From Ignavibacteriota bacterium (GTDB lineage: Bacteria > Bacteroidota > Ignavibacteria > UBA10030 > UBA6906), in NCBI GenBank assembly GCA_963801355.1, contig CAWDEM010000008.1, positions 2,688,001-2,752,000 on the forward strand: DNA of 64,000 nt. The letters run 5' to 3'. Below are positions 1-9,736 of the stretch, piece after piece. The position numbers and the translations under genes are program-made. The notes below the pieces were generated by a model. That model was not told where the DNA came from. It saw only the letters and a program-made list of their open reading frames with translations, and did not search any database. Numbering within the stretch: the stretch's first letter is position 1; each line of letters opens with the position of its first letter.

Positions 1-954
1 GACGGTGACATAATCGTACTTCGCGTCGCCGTAGACATTCCAGGAACCCGTCAGGGATTGCGGCGGTGGGGTTCCCGCCGGCAGCAGATCCACCTGGGAG
101 TGCGGGATCCAGGCCTCCTGATTGCCGGTCAGGGCTATGCGGTACTGACCACGCTGTTTGCCGGTAATCGCCAGACGCACGCCCGGCACAAGAAAGGTCC
201 GCTTTGCACCACCGAGCCGGTCTCCACCCAGACCAAAGTTCAGCGCAGGACGGTCTCCCACAGTAACGCCCACCAGCGGAAAGACTTCACTCTTGCAGGA
301 TATCCGTCCACGTCCCGTACGCGTGAAGAACAGCCCGGTGCTGTCTTTGACTGTGAATGTCACCGGAGTGTCATTCCACTGTTCGGCCCCCTTCACCCGG
401 TACGCCGTCCGGTAGATACCCCGAAGTCCGTTGGCCTCGGCTGCCGGCACCTCGTTCAGTGGGATGCTGTCCAGGGCGGTGACGATGCATCCGGGGGTGG
501 CCTTGCACTGCAGCAGCAACATGTCTCCCTGATCCAGCCAGAGGTCGCCCGCCGGTTCGAGCATTTCCTCGTCCACACGGAGAGTGTCTGCGGGAGTCGC
601 CATCATTGGTGGCGTACGTATGATCAGGAAGGATGTCTCAGCCACCACACCTGCCTGACTTCGCGCTGAGAGAATGAACCTATTTTCACCCACGTCGAGC
701 TTCAACAGGGTGGCGGTTGCCCCCGTCGGATACACTTTCAGTGGGCTCCCGTTGAGAGAGAGTGTGTTCCCGGGCAGCGTGCTCGCCGAAAGCCGGTACG
801 TCGCCGACCCTGTCACCGTGGTGTCTGCTTCAGGCACCACGAGGAGCAAAGGAGGGCGTGCGTCAGGCTGAGGTTGAGCGCCGAGAGGCGCGCTCCACGC
901 GGCGGCGAAAAATACGAGACCCGCACACACGAAAAGCGATTTCATGAGATCCAT
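1..954 (-). CDS. Probable N-acetylmuramoyl-L-alanine amidase, N-terminal part (runs off the left edge of the window)
   Basis: Not in the ORF track; translated by hand from ATG 954 (in-frame ATG 945): MDLMKSLFVCAGLVFFAAAWSAPLGAQ signal peptide, open to position 1. Contains LNFGLGGDRLGGAK plus an SH3-like 'YRIALTGNQEAWIP' segment, which I recognise from Bacteroidota-type Amidase_3 proteins. The catalytic domain would lie outside the window. Confidence 0.6.
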   Translation of the reverse strand, partial: MDLMKSLFVCAGLVFFAAAWSAPLGAQPQPDARPPLLLVVPEADTTVTGSATYRLSASTLPGNTLSLNGSPLKVYPTGATATLLKLDVGENRFILSARSQAGVVAETSFLIIRTPPMMATPADTLRVDEEMLEPAGDLWLDQGDMLLLQCKATPGCIVTALDSIPLNEVPAAEANGLRGIYRTAYRVKGAEQWNDTPVTFTVKDSTGLFFTRTGRGRISCKSEVFPLVGVTVGDRPALNFGLGGDRLGGAKRTFLVPGVRLAITGKQRGQYRIALTGNQEAWIPHSQVDLLPAGTPPPQSLTGSWNVYGDAKYDYVTV

Positions 955-976
955 CTTTTGTAGGTATTACCTCACG

Positions 977-3490
977 CTATTTCAACAGCAATATTTTCTG
1001 TGAGGCGCTGAATGCACTACGTCCCGCGGCGTCCGTTGCTGTGAGCCGGACAATGTACACCCCCGAGGATGATCCGCGGGGACCATCAGGCGCCCAGGTG
1101 ACAGTGTGCCTTCCGGAGGTCTGTGACTCGTGGACAAGCATCGCCACTTCACGGCCCAGTATGTCGTAGACCACCAACGTCACGATCCCATCCGAAGGAA
1201 GTCCATAGGTCAGGCGTGTAGACGGATTGAAAGGATTGGGGAACGCCGGGTACAGAGCATAAGCCCGGGGAGTTGTGAGCGGCTCCGTGTCAACGCCGAC
1301 GGTGCCGCGCTGGATCACTTCTATCTGATCGACATACGCCTGCAGGGTGGACTTGCTTTCACCGGGCAGATACCGGAACTGTACACCGTCGAAGCGCATG
1401 ATCCCTTCGAGGACACCGTTGCCGCTTCCGACCCCGGGGGTATCGGCCTCAAGATCCCAGTGGAGCGCCCGCCATCCCACCCAGTCAATCGCAAACCACC
1501 GGCTGACTTCTCTGTGCGCCGGCGCAGGGGCTGGAAATGCGTCCACGCTGTCAGCCACACAGAACCGCACCTGCGATCGACTCCCATCGCCGTACACATA
1601 GGCGCGCAGGACGGTACCTGTCTTGAGAAATTGGACTGTGCCCATCGCCGAGGAAGTGTCCAGCGGGACGCGCACGCCCCATGAGGCACTCGTCGTATCC
1701 CACACGCAGTACACTGACAGCGACCCCGGATTCCCCGGGATGATACCGATGCCCTGCGTAATCGTCGGCGTCACGGTGAGTGTATTCACGCCAACCCTGT
1801 CCTCTGCCTCCGGGGGCATATGTAGTCCAGTCGTGGCGGGGTTTACGGAGTCGATCACGGTGCTGCTGTAGGTCCCCGGCGCAATCGAGAAATTCCACAC
1901 AATCGAGGCGGGTAAGGGAATCCCATTGCCGAGCAGATCTTCCACCCTGCTGACCTGGATTCCGTAGCTGCCCCCGGCAATCACACCGCTGGGCAGAAAC
2001 ATTGTTACCCCCCCCTGGCCATTCGATTCCCGGTACTCCAACAAGCGCGACTGGAGGGAACCGCCATTCAGCCGGATCACGAAATTTGACGTCGTCACGG
2101 TGCTCTGTTTCAGCGGCTCATTGAACGTTATGTTCACCACGGGCGTCGGTGCCGGCAACTGGATCAGATTGCCCGGAAAGACGGAGGTGATTGCCGGAGG
2201 GAAGATGTCGGTGTACCTGGTCGTGAACCTCAGCACATAAGGATCCCCTGACACACCATCGCCATTGCCGTCGAAGGCCTGTCCTGACGCCGCCCGCGCA
2301 CCGGTGTCCACACGAACCTCGTATGTCACCCACGGGTCGAAATACGCCGCGTGTGTGTACGTCAACGTCGAATTGGAATTTGTCCACTGAAATATTCCTG
2401 GAACTGCCGGTGTGATTGAAAACGCAGTCCGCACCGTTGCGGTATCCATCGGCTTGGAAAACGAAAGCACCACCGGCGCAGAGACAACCACCGTCATGTC
2501 GTTGTTGGTGGGACTGCTCGCCCGCACCGTGGGATTGGCCTGGGTGACCAGCGTTCTGTCGACAAAAGCGGTGGCTCCCACACCGAGCGTCACCTGCACG
2601 GAATCCTCGCCATATTCGGGCGTTTCGAATCGCACAGTGTACGCCCCGGCGGGGAGATTGTCGAACATATAGTACCCGTTGTTGAACGCATCGCCGGTCA
2701 CCACCCGATCAATTGGGAGAAGGCGTACACGGGAGAAATTGATCGGCTTCGCAGTTGACAGATCCTGCTGTATGCCTGCAACAATGCCTGAGGTGTCTGC
2801 CGGTACGCCGAAGTACTGCATAAACCCGTCGCGGATGGCATACGCTTCTCTCTTCCGGTAGAGGTTGTTCATCAGGCGGCGTGTTTCCACCGGAACATCG
2901 TGGAACGATCCTTCGGAGAGTTGGCCGGGCATGAGAAGCCCGCTGAGAACGCCGAGGCGATACCCAAGGAACGAATTGTCCAGCCTAGTGTAGTAGGTTG
3001 TGGTGCGCAACGCCCCGTAGATCTTTGGAGAAATCAATCCCGCCATTGACAATGCTTCCGGCGACTCGGGCTGCCCACTCTGGACAGTACTTTCACGGAC
3101 CAGCAGGAGTGTATAGTTTGACGATGCATTAAAGGCATTGCTGTGAATGGAGTGAAACCAGTTCACATTGTTGAAGTTTGCCAATGCTACGCGCGACCCT
3201 AAGGTTGGTTCATCCGCATCGTTCGGGTAATCGTTGGTGTACCTTGTCAGAATTACCCACGCCCCACGTGCTTTCAGAAGTGTGTCGAGCCGCAAGGCCT
3301 TCTGCAAGTTGCTTTCCGATTCCCAGAATTCCGTCCCCGGGTCGGGAACGAGGTACCGATCATTTGCAGGGTTGTGGCCGCCATGACCGGGATCAATGCA
3401 GAATTTGAGTCCGCTCAGATCGGTGCGCTGTGCATACAGAAACGAAGTTGTGCATAGCATGACGGTGAGGAGAAGTGTCACTCTCTTCAT
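977..3490 (-). CDS. T9SS-secreted N-acetylmuramoyl-L-alanine amidase (Amidase_3 + carboxypeptidase-regulatory-like + two Ig-like domains + CBM-like domain + CTD)
   Basis: Start reassigned to MKRVTLLL (ATG 3490, ATGA overlap with the upstream stop). Zn-amidase residues in DPGHGG, WESE, SIHSNA and LSEGSF. C-terminal 'AFPNPFNPSTRL...SSGVYIVRL...KILLLK' sorting domain. Confidence 0.9.
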   Translation of the reverse strand: MKRVTLLLTVMLCTTSFLYAQRTDLSGLKFCIDPGHGGHNPANDRYLVPDPGTEFWESESNLQKALRLDTLLKARGAWVILTRYTNDYPNDADEPTLGSRVALANFNNVNWFHSIHSNAFNASSNYTLLLVRESTVQSGQPESPEALSMAGLISPKIYGALRTTTYYTRLDNSFLGYRLGVLSGLLMPGQLSEGSFHDVPVETRRLMNNLYRKREAYAIRDGFMQYFGVPADTSGIVAGIQQDLSTAKPINFSRVRLLPIDRVVTGDAFNNGYYMFDNLPAGAYTVRFETPEYGEDSVQVTLGVGATAFVDRTLVTQANPTVRASSPTNNDMTVVVSAPVVLSFSKPMDTATVRTAFSITPAVPGIFQWTNSNSTLTYTHAAYFDPWVTYEVRVDTGARAASGQAFDGNGDGVSGDPYVLRFTTRYTDIFPPAITSVFPGNLIQLPAPTPVVNITFNEPLKQSTVTTSNFVIRLNGGSLQSRLLEYRESNGQGGVTMFLPSGVIAGGSYGIQVSRVEDLLGNGIPLPASIVWNFSIAPGTYSSTVIDSVNPATTGLHMPPEAEDRVGVNTLTVTPTITQGIGIIPGNPGSLSVYCVWDTTSASWGVRVPLDTSSAMGTVQFLKTGTVLRAYVYGDGSRSQVRFCVADSVDAFPAPAPAHREVSRWFAIDWVGWRALHWDLEADTPGVGSGNGVLEGIMRFDGVQFRYLPGESKSTLQAYVDQIEVIQRGTVGVDTEPLTTPRAYALYPAFPNPFNPSTRLTYGLPSDGIVTLVVYDILGREVAMLVHESQTSGRHTVTWAPDGPRGSSSGVYIVRLTATDAAGRSAFSASQKILLLK

Positions 3491-4407
3491 TGGCCCACCT
3501 CTTCGTACGTCAGCATCAGGAGTGAGCCATCCGCCGTTGAGCAGAGAATACGATTGTCCACCGGAGAACATGCCGGCGCAAGCTCTATCACCGGAGTATC
3601 TGTGAGCCGTACACTGCGGGCGCCATCGGAGCTTGTTGCATAGAGATCGGAACCCGTAATGACATGACCGTCGTTCCTTTCCCGCATGGAAATGACCCAT
3701 GCGCCACTCCGCGTCCAGACAGGTGCATCAATACGTCCCAGGCGGGCAAGGACATTCCCCTGCAAATCGCACACGAATGCCCCGCGGGCCATGTCGTACG
3801 CGAGCAGGCGTTTCCCATCGGCGGAAAGTGACGGCCAGATGTAACTGCCGTCACCAAAGGGATCGAGCAGGGCTTTCCGGCCGTTCTTCAACAGCGCAAT
3901 CTTGGTATTCTCGACACCGAGCAGGGCTACAGTCCCCGCAGCGGGTTCTTCATCGCCGAGAACGACGTAGCCACGGCGCGTGTCATTGACGAGCAGCGCA
4001 TCCCCCGAGAAGACGGGAATATCGACCGAGATTCCGCCGGTCATTCTGGCCGACGATCCTGTTGCCAGATCGACGTGTACAATCTCCTGCGTCCGGTCGC
4101 CCGGTCGGAGGCCATCGAGCGTTCTCCGGTACGCTACCCGTCCCCCATCGGCGGACACCGCCCACCCGAAGCCAGCACCTGCATCATCGGTGATCTGCGT
4201 CAGACTGCTGTTCCGGAGATCATAGCGCCAGAGCCCTCGATAGTGCGAAGAAGTCACAAGGAACGCCTGTCCGTCCGGCACCCAGCCGGGAGCCGTCCAG
4301 AATTGCTCTGCAGGCAGCGGCAGCGCTTGCGTACTCGTAATATGGATCTGGCCGGCGCCGGAAAGACTGCCGGCAGCCAGAAGAATGCTCACACACCATA
4401 GACGCAT
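3487..4407 (-). CDS. TolB-like/PD40 beta-propeller exported protein
   Basis: Signal peptide; repeated 'PxWSxDG'-like blades (PGWVPDG, AVSADG, PSLSADG, PACSPVD); translationally coupled to the amidase. Confidence 0.7.
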   Translation of the reverse strand: MRLWCVSILLAAGSLSGAGQIHITSTQALPLPAEQFWTAPGWVPDGQAFLVTSSHYRGLWRYDLRNSSLTQITDDAGAGFGWAVSADGGRVAYRRTLDGLRPGDRTQEIVHVDLATGSSARMTGGISVDIPVFSGDALLVNDTRRGYVVLGDEEPAAGTVALLGVENTKIALLKNGRKALLDPFGDGSYIWPSLSADGKRLLAYDMARGAFVCDLQGNVLARLGRIDAPVWTRSGAWVISMRERNDGHVITGSDLYATSSDGARSVRLTDTPVIELAPACSPVDNRILCSTADGSLLMLTYEEVGQ

Positions 4408-4411
4408 TATG

Positions 4412-6811
4412 TTAATCCTTCGCTTCTGTGATCTTTCTCAGTTCGCGCACCCTCTCGTAAAACTCCTGCAGGTTCATCTCCTTGAGAAAGATGAGTCCAC
4501 GCGCGGAGCGCAGGCGTGGGTGGGCATGCTGCTGGAAGAAGTCGTTGCCCAGGCAGGTCTTCATCATGTCGTATTGTCCCACCTGAATTTGCTGTGCCAG
4601 TTCAGAAAACGGACCGTCATATTCGTAGCTCGGGAACGAAGCCGCACTTTGCGAACCGAAGCAATTCATGAAGGCGGTATGCAGCAACGAAAGGGAATTC
4701 AGGGATACCGGCACCATGAGGTCGGCCTCCGATGGACGGAACCGGTACCAAACGTTACGGTACCCCCACACGCGGATCGCACTGTTGCCGCTTTCCTTCT
4801 CGTACATCCGCAGTCCCTCTGCGACCGCCTGGAGGGCCTTGTAATGCGTGTCAGGGCCGCTGCCCTCCGGGTCGAAAGCCACGGAGATGACATTTGGTTT
4901 CACGCGTTTGATGAGCTGGTAGATCGGAATCACATCACGCTCCACCTCAGGCTCTTCGGAGAAGATATCGCCCTGGTAAAAGCCGAGGCGGAGCGCAGAG
5001 ATGGCGGATGCCTCGATGCCAAAGTACGCCCAGAGTAATTCCACCTCCCACTCCCGGATGGTTCCCTTGAACACCTGGACATCCGGCGGGTCTTTCGCGC
5101 CCGGATACTGGGTGACAAAATACTCGTGCAGTTCCTTCACCCGCAGACGCAACACCCTCATGTCGCTGGTATGGTACACCTCGATGAGGTTCCGCAGGAT
5201 GCGGCGTGCTTCACCTTCGTTCTCCTTCTCCGTGCTTTTTCCTGCAATCCCGTCGAGGTAGAGAAAGACGTCTTCCATCCGCTTCGCGCTGCTCTTCGGA
5301 TTGAAATATCCTTCTTTCAGGAGGTGCTGAAAAGACGGTGTCTCGAGGAACGTCTCAAGGTTCTTGACAATCGAAAGACAGAACGGATTCGAGACAGCCG
5401 TAAAGCCGGATGTCAGGTTTGCAAAGTAGTGTTTGTTGGTCGGGTCGCGCACGAGGTGATAGATGTGCGCGAGGTATCCCAGCATGATATCGTCGTGATG
5501 CGGTTCGGTGTGCAGAAACACGGTCCCGGTCACCGGGGCGAGCCCCTTGTCAATCTTTGCCACCATGCGCCGGCGCGCACCGGCAATCAGCTCGGCAGCG
5601 GGCTTTCCTGTCTTCTTCAACAGTGCGCTGCCAAAGCGATCGGCTTCCACATCCTGGCCCGTCAACTTGGTGAGCTGTGTCTTCCGCCCCAGCGAGATCG
5701 GAATGATGACATCATCCACATCAGCGTCGCTCAGCTGATCCTTCTTGCTGAAGTCCACCAGACGGCGCTCGATCAGGTGGCTCGCAGCACCCCTGGTGAG
5801 GTACATGCGTCCACCCTCAAGGTCATGCAGGACGGATGCGGGATATTGCGGACTCTTGTCTTCCTCGACGGCGGAAGCCACGATGGGAGCTTTCGCATCC
5901 CCGGCAGCAATGATGATTGCCGTCGCCGTGGGGTTGTACGTGATCGTCGCCAGGCCGATGGTAATCACGAGGCGGCTTCGTGAGACTTCAATGCCGCCGA
6001 GATCCCCGGCTGCGGCAGCCTGCGTTTCGTAATTCGTACCCGTCAGACGGGTGACGGAGTACACACTGGAGCCGCGGATATTGAAGGCGATGTGCCCGTC
6101 GGGGCCGATGCCCCCCAGGAAAAATCCGATGCCGCCCATCTCCCGGATCTTCCGCTCGTATTCGCTGCAGAATTCATCCACACGGTTGATGGTTTCCCGC
6201 TGACGTCGCTCCAGATCCGTGCGCGTCTGGCGCACCCGCAACGACAGGTCCACGATGTTGTTGGGAAATATGTCGTTCATCGTCATGCCAGGAGGCACAC
6301 CGAGATCGGTGGCATCGATGAGGAGGGCATTCTCCGGCCGCAGGCCGAATCCCCGGATATAAAACTCATTGACGTACCAGTTGAAGCTGTTCAGCTGCGT
6401 CGCATCCATGGGATAGAATTCATCGATCTGCACAAAATGCAGGCTCTCCATGTCCGGACGGCGGCTTCCTTCGATATTGTATGATGCAAGCTGCTGCCGT
6501 ATCTCCGGCGCATCCCATCGTTCGATAATGCGGCCCACCCATTTGATGAAATGCTCAGGCGTCTTGCCCGTCGGCAGAGAAATCACGCCACCGGGGTTCT
6601 TAAGCACCCACTCCACAAACCGGAATGCCGTGAGCTTGCCGAGTAGAGGAAAGTTTTCCACCTCGATGATCTTCATCTTCTCGGTCGGAGGGTACTGGAA
6701 TTGCCGGCCGGTCTTCTGAAGTTCACATGCTTCCACGGATGAAGAGATGTCGTATGTCCTCACGGTCTTCCCTGCCAATGTGCTACTTAGTGTGATTGCC
6801 CTGCTTTCCAC
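4412..6811 (-). CDS. nagB: Glucosamine-6-phosphate deaminase fused to a PIG-L/LmbE-like deacetylase domain
   Basis: NagB motifs LPTGKTP, QIDEF and GGIGPDGHIAFN; C-terminal HTEPHHDDI (HxDD) and GPDTHY. The true start may be the GTG at 6763. Confidence 0.85.
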   Translation of the reverse strand: MESRAITLSSTLAGKTVRTYDISSSVEACELQKTGRQFQYPPTEKMKIIEVENFPLLGKLTAFRFVEWVLKNPGGVISLPTGKTPEHFIKWVGRIIERWDAPEIRQQLASYNIEGSRRPDMESLHFVQIDEFYPMDATQLNSFNWYVNEFYIRGFGLRPENALLIDATDLGVPPGMTMNDIFPNNIVDLSLRVRQTRTDLERRQRETINRVDEFCSEYERKIREMGGIGFFLGGIGPDGHIAFNIRGSSVYSVTRLTGTNYETQAAAAGDLGGIEVSRSRLVITIGLATITYNPTATAIIIAAGDAKAPIVASAVEEDKSPQYPASVLHDLEGGRMYLTRGAASHLIERRLVDFSKKDQLSDADVDDVIIPISLGRKTQLTKLTGQDVEADRFGSALLKKTGKPAAELIAGARRRMVAKIDKGLAPVTGTVFLHTEPHHDDIMLGYLAHIYHLVRDPTNKHYFANLTSGFTAVSNPFCLSIVKNLETFLETPSFQHLLKEGYFNPKSSAKRMEDVFLYLDGIAGKSTEKENEGEARRILRNLIEVYHTSDMRVLRLRVKELHEYFVTQYPGAKDPPDVQVFKGTIREWEVELLWAYFGIEASAISALRLGFYQGDIFSEEPEVERDVIPIYQLIKRVKPNVISVAFDPEGSGPDTHYKALQAVAEGLRMYEKESGNSAIRVWGYRNVWYRFRPSEADLMVPVSLNSLSLLHTAFMNCFGSQSAASFPSYEYDGPFSELAQQIQVGQYDMMKTCLGNDFFQQHAHPRLRSARGLIFLKEMNLQEFYERVRELRKITEAKD

Positions 6812-8517
6812 TCATCGGGCAGTGTTCGCAACCAGTCCCGCATATACCGGCGCGCGACTTCGTCATGCTCCACCGTCGAAGGGCGAGCGTGGAACCGTCC
6901 GGCCGTGACCGCATCAAGTCCGGCCGCGAACTCCGCATGTTCACTCTTGAGATGGTCTGTGTATGCCGCTTCGATAATCCCGCTTCCTGAAGTGAGCCAT
7001 TTCTGGAAATAATCGAAATTCCCGTAGAACGCATCGAAAAGGAACAGATGCGTTATCTGCGCATTCATGCCGCCGCGGTCGACACAAAACGCCACGGGAC
7101 GGTAGCCGCCGCTGTGGGCGGCAAGCACCATCTTGTTGACCTTCGGGACTTTGATGACACCCTCGCGCTGCATTGTCGACAGCACGTCATCCACGAGATG
7201 TTTCAAGCCGTCCACATCCTCCATTTTGCCGCAGAAGGAATCCCGCGCGCGGTAGGGACCCTGGGGGAGCACCAGAAGCGCATTGATGTGCTCGTCCTCA
7301 AGGGCCTGCGGCAGCAGGTATCGCTCCAGCACTCCCATATTGTCGTTCTCATTGCCGTGGAAGTACACCACCATATTCACGCCGTCAGCGCTTTCTTGCA
7401 GACCTTCCGGAACAAAGACGACGATGCTGCTGTCCGCATAGTGCGGAAAGTACGGATAGACTGTGCCGTCCCCTCCGGTAAAACCGTTTGCGCGGGCCGG
7501 ATGTGGGAACGGAGCCGCCGGCGAACGCCAGATTCCCCACTTGCCTCCGGGCATCATGTTCCAGTCCACGTCGGCTGCCTTCACACGACCCGGAGCGTAC
7601 CCTGTCGAACCGGTGAAATGGTTCCAGATCGCGCGGCTCACATGCGCACCGAGAAGTATGCCGGTATTGTTGAGCCCCTCACTATGATCCGGCTGCTTAT
7701 CGATGAAAATACCGATCGCCATGTCCAGCTTGTCCGACAGCACCAATCCGGCGTCGGTCTTTGATTCGTTGACAAACCCGGATTTGTGTGCGACCGCGAA
7801 TGACGCGCATTCGGAGGCAGGAAGCAGACGGGGGATCATGTCATCGTAGAACTGCCCCTTGAGCACGGTGATCATGGCTTCCGATGAGGCTGCATCGATG
7901 AGCTCATTACGGTACATCCGCCCCAGCAGCATGACCATATCCTCCGGGGTCGAGAGGCCGATCCCGTAACGAATACCCTCCGGGGTCCGCTGCTTTGTGT
8001 CCCAGGAATACAGTCTGTTGAGGAGGCGCGTATTCTTGAGTCCGAGACGGACCATCAGGTCGTTCACCACCGCCAGGCGCTCCGCGTGCGCGCTCCCCAT
8101 CCGGTCGAGCACCAGATTGGTGGCCGTATTGTCGCTAAGCGTGATCATCAGATTGACGGCATCCTGCAGGGTAATCGTTGCGCCTTCGCCGAGCCTCTCC
8201 AGAACACCCGATCCGGGCTTCTTATCGGCGGCGGTAAGTGTCACGGTGCTTTTGGGATCCAGCGTGCCATCGCGGACCATCTGATAGTAGGCTACCATGA
8301 CCGGCAGCTTGATAAGGCTTGCTGTCGGGAAGCGTTCTTCAGCATTGTACTGCACAACTTCGCCTGTGCGGAGGTTCTTCGCCATCACACCCAGGTGTCC
8401 GCCGTACTCGCGTTCCAGGCGTTGGAATTCAGCAAGCAGTGCGTTGTGTTCCGGTTGTGCCGTCATCGGTGCGATCATGAGTGTCACAAGGAGGAAAGGA
8501 AGGCAGAGGTTTTTCAT
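6787..8517 (-). CDS. Exported serine hydrolase: class A beta-lactamase/PBP-like domain fused to an alpha/beta-hydrolase domain
   Basis: Signal peptide; SxxK (ASLIK), SDN and KSG motifs; C-terminal YFHG, AHSGG (nucleophile elbow), LFDAFY and EHD. Confidence 0.8.
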   Translation of the reverse strand: MKNLCLPFLLVTLMIAPMTAQPEHNALLAEFQRLEREYGGHLGVMAKNLRTGEVVQYNAEERFPTASLIKLPVMVAYYQMVRDGTLDPKSTVTLTAADKKPGSGVLERLGEGATITLQDAVNLMITLSDNTATNLVLDRMGSAHAERLAVVNDLMVRLGLKNTRLLNRLYSWDTKQRTPEGIRYGIGLSTPEDMVMLLGRMYRNELIDAASSEAMITVLKGQFYDDMIPRLLPASECASFAVAHKSGFVNESKTDAGLVLSDKLDMAIGIFIDKQPDHSEGLNNTGILLGAHVSRAIWNHFTGSTGYAPGRVKAADVDWNMMPGGKWGIWRSPAAPFPHPARANGFTGGDGTVYPYFPHYADSSIVVFVPEGLQESADGVNMVVYFHGNENDNMGVLERYLLPQALEDEHINALLVLPQGPYRARDSFCGKMEDVDGLKHLVDDVLSTMQREGVIKVPKVNKMVLAAHSGGYRPVAFCVDRGGMNAQITHLFLFDAFYGNFDYFQKWLTSGSGIIEAAYTDHLKSEHAEFAAGLDAVTAGRFHARPSTVEHDEVARRYMRDWLRTLPDEWKAGQSH

Positions 8518-8538
8518 ATTCGTTGTGATCCCTGCACC

Positions 8539-9690
8539 CTAGACTTTGACGAACCATTTCATTTTCCACATGAACCAGACGACAACAAACATCACCACAA
8601 TGAAGCAGATGGCATACAGTAACGATGCGTTCAACGGGCTTGCGAACGGGACAAAGAAATGTGTGTAGATATGTCGTTGCAGCGAGATCAATGTTCCGTC
8701 ATCCTGGGCGACCTTGATCAACCCCATTGTGCGGCCCAGAACGCCGGCCAGCACGAACACGGTAATGGCGTTCATGCCATAAATATTGAACGGCAGCGCC
8801 CATTTCTTGTAGCCCTTCACATCGATGAGCCAGTAGAACATAGCGAAAATCACGGACGCCCATCCGGCCATGAAGATGGTATAGCTGGGGGTCCAGAGGT
8901 TTTTGTTGATCGGAAGCCACATATCGAGAATCGCACCAAGGAGCAGGAGAAACTCACCGATGACGAACATCCAGACCGTTTTCTCTTCGACGCTCCGTTT
9001 TGTCCGCAGCCAATGTCCCATCATCACACCAAGGAGCGTAGTAGCGATCGCCGGGATGGTGCTGACAATGCCTTCCGGATCGAAGCCCATGACCGGCGCT
9101 CCGCGCCATGTGTGACCAGCGAGGACGGTGGAGTCCACCCACCAGCAGAGACTTCCTTCCGGTCGCAGCACGCCGGCACCGAAGCCGGGGACGGGGATCA
9201 TTGTTACCATAAGCCAGTATGCTGCCAGCAGTCCGACGATCCACGCGATCTGCGCCCGCCACGACGTCCAGAGGAATATCGCGCTGGCGATCAGGTAGCA
9301 AATGGCGATACGCTGCAGAACTCCCGGGATGCGGATATTCGCGAAAGAAAACTGGTGCCCGAACAGCAACCCGAACGGAAATCCCGCCAGGAACAGGCCG
9401 AGCCCGAAGATGATCACGGCACGGCGGAACACATGGAGCAGCAGCTGGCGTTTGTTTGCCCCCTGTTCCACGCGTTTGGCAAACGAGAGCGTCATCGCAA
9501 CGCCGACAATCCAGAGGAAAAACGGAAAAATGAAATCCGTAAACGTCCATCCGTCCCACGCCGCGTGCCGGAGTTGCGGATAGATGTCGCTCCATGTGCC
9601 GGGATTGTTGACCATGATCATGCCGGCAATCGTTGCGCCCCGGAAGGCGTCGAGCGACAGGAGCCGCTGTTGACCTGCTGGTGAGCTCAT
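8539..9690 (-). CDS. HGSNAT/NagX-like (DUF5009) membrane acyltransferase
   Basis: RLLSLDAFRG...MIMVNNPG, HAAWDGWTFTDFIFPFFLWIVG, RIPGVLQRIA, FDPEG and PINKNLWT motifs; many transmembrane helices. Confidence 0.85.
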   Translation of the reverse strand: MSSPAGQQRLLSLDAFRGATIAGMIMVNNPGTWSDIYPQLRHAAWDGWTFTDFIFPFFLWIVGVAMTLSFAKRVEQGANKRQLLLHVFRRAVIIFGLGLFLAGFPFGLLFGHQFSFANIRIPGVLQRIAICYLIASAIFLWTSWRAQIAWIVGLLAAYWLMVTMIPVPGFGAGVLRPEGSLCWWVDSTVLAGHTWRGAPVMGFDPEGIVSTIPAIATTLLGVMMGHWLRTKRSVEEKTVWMFVIGEFLLLLGAILDMWLPINKNLWTPSYTIFMAGWASVIFAMFYWLIDVKGYKKWALPFNIYGMNAITVFVLAGVLGRTMGLIKVAQDDGTLISLQRHIYTHFFVPFASPLNASLLYAICFIVVMFVVVWFMWKMKWFVKV

Positions 9691-9736
9691 TGAAGTATTC
9701 CTTTGGTTCCCCGCGCCCCCGCGCGATGGTAGAGGG

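Noticed and set aside
58-947. Plus-strand ORFs listed at the window start
   Set aside because: The minus-strand frame from 954 gives a coherent signal-peptide protein co-oriented with the cluster; the track missed it because it has no stop codon in the window.
6787-8517. Calling this an antibiotic-resistance beta-lactamase
   Set aside because: No evident Glu166 motif, an extra hydrolase domain, and a peptidoglycan-catabolic context.
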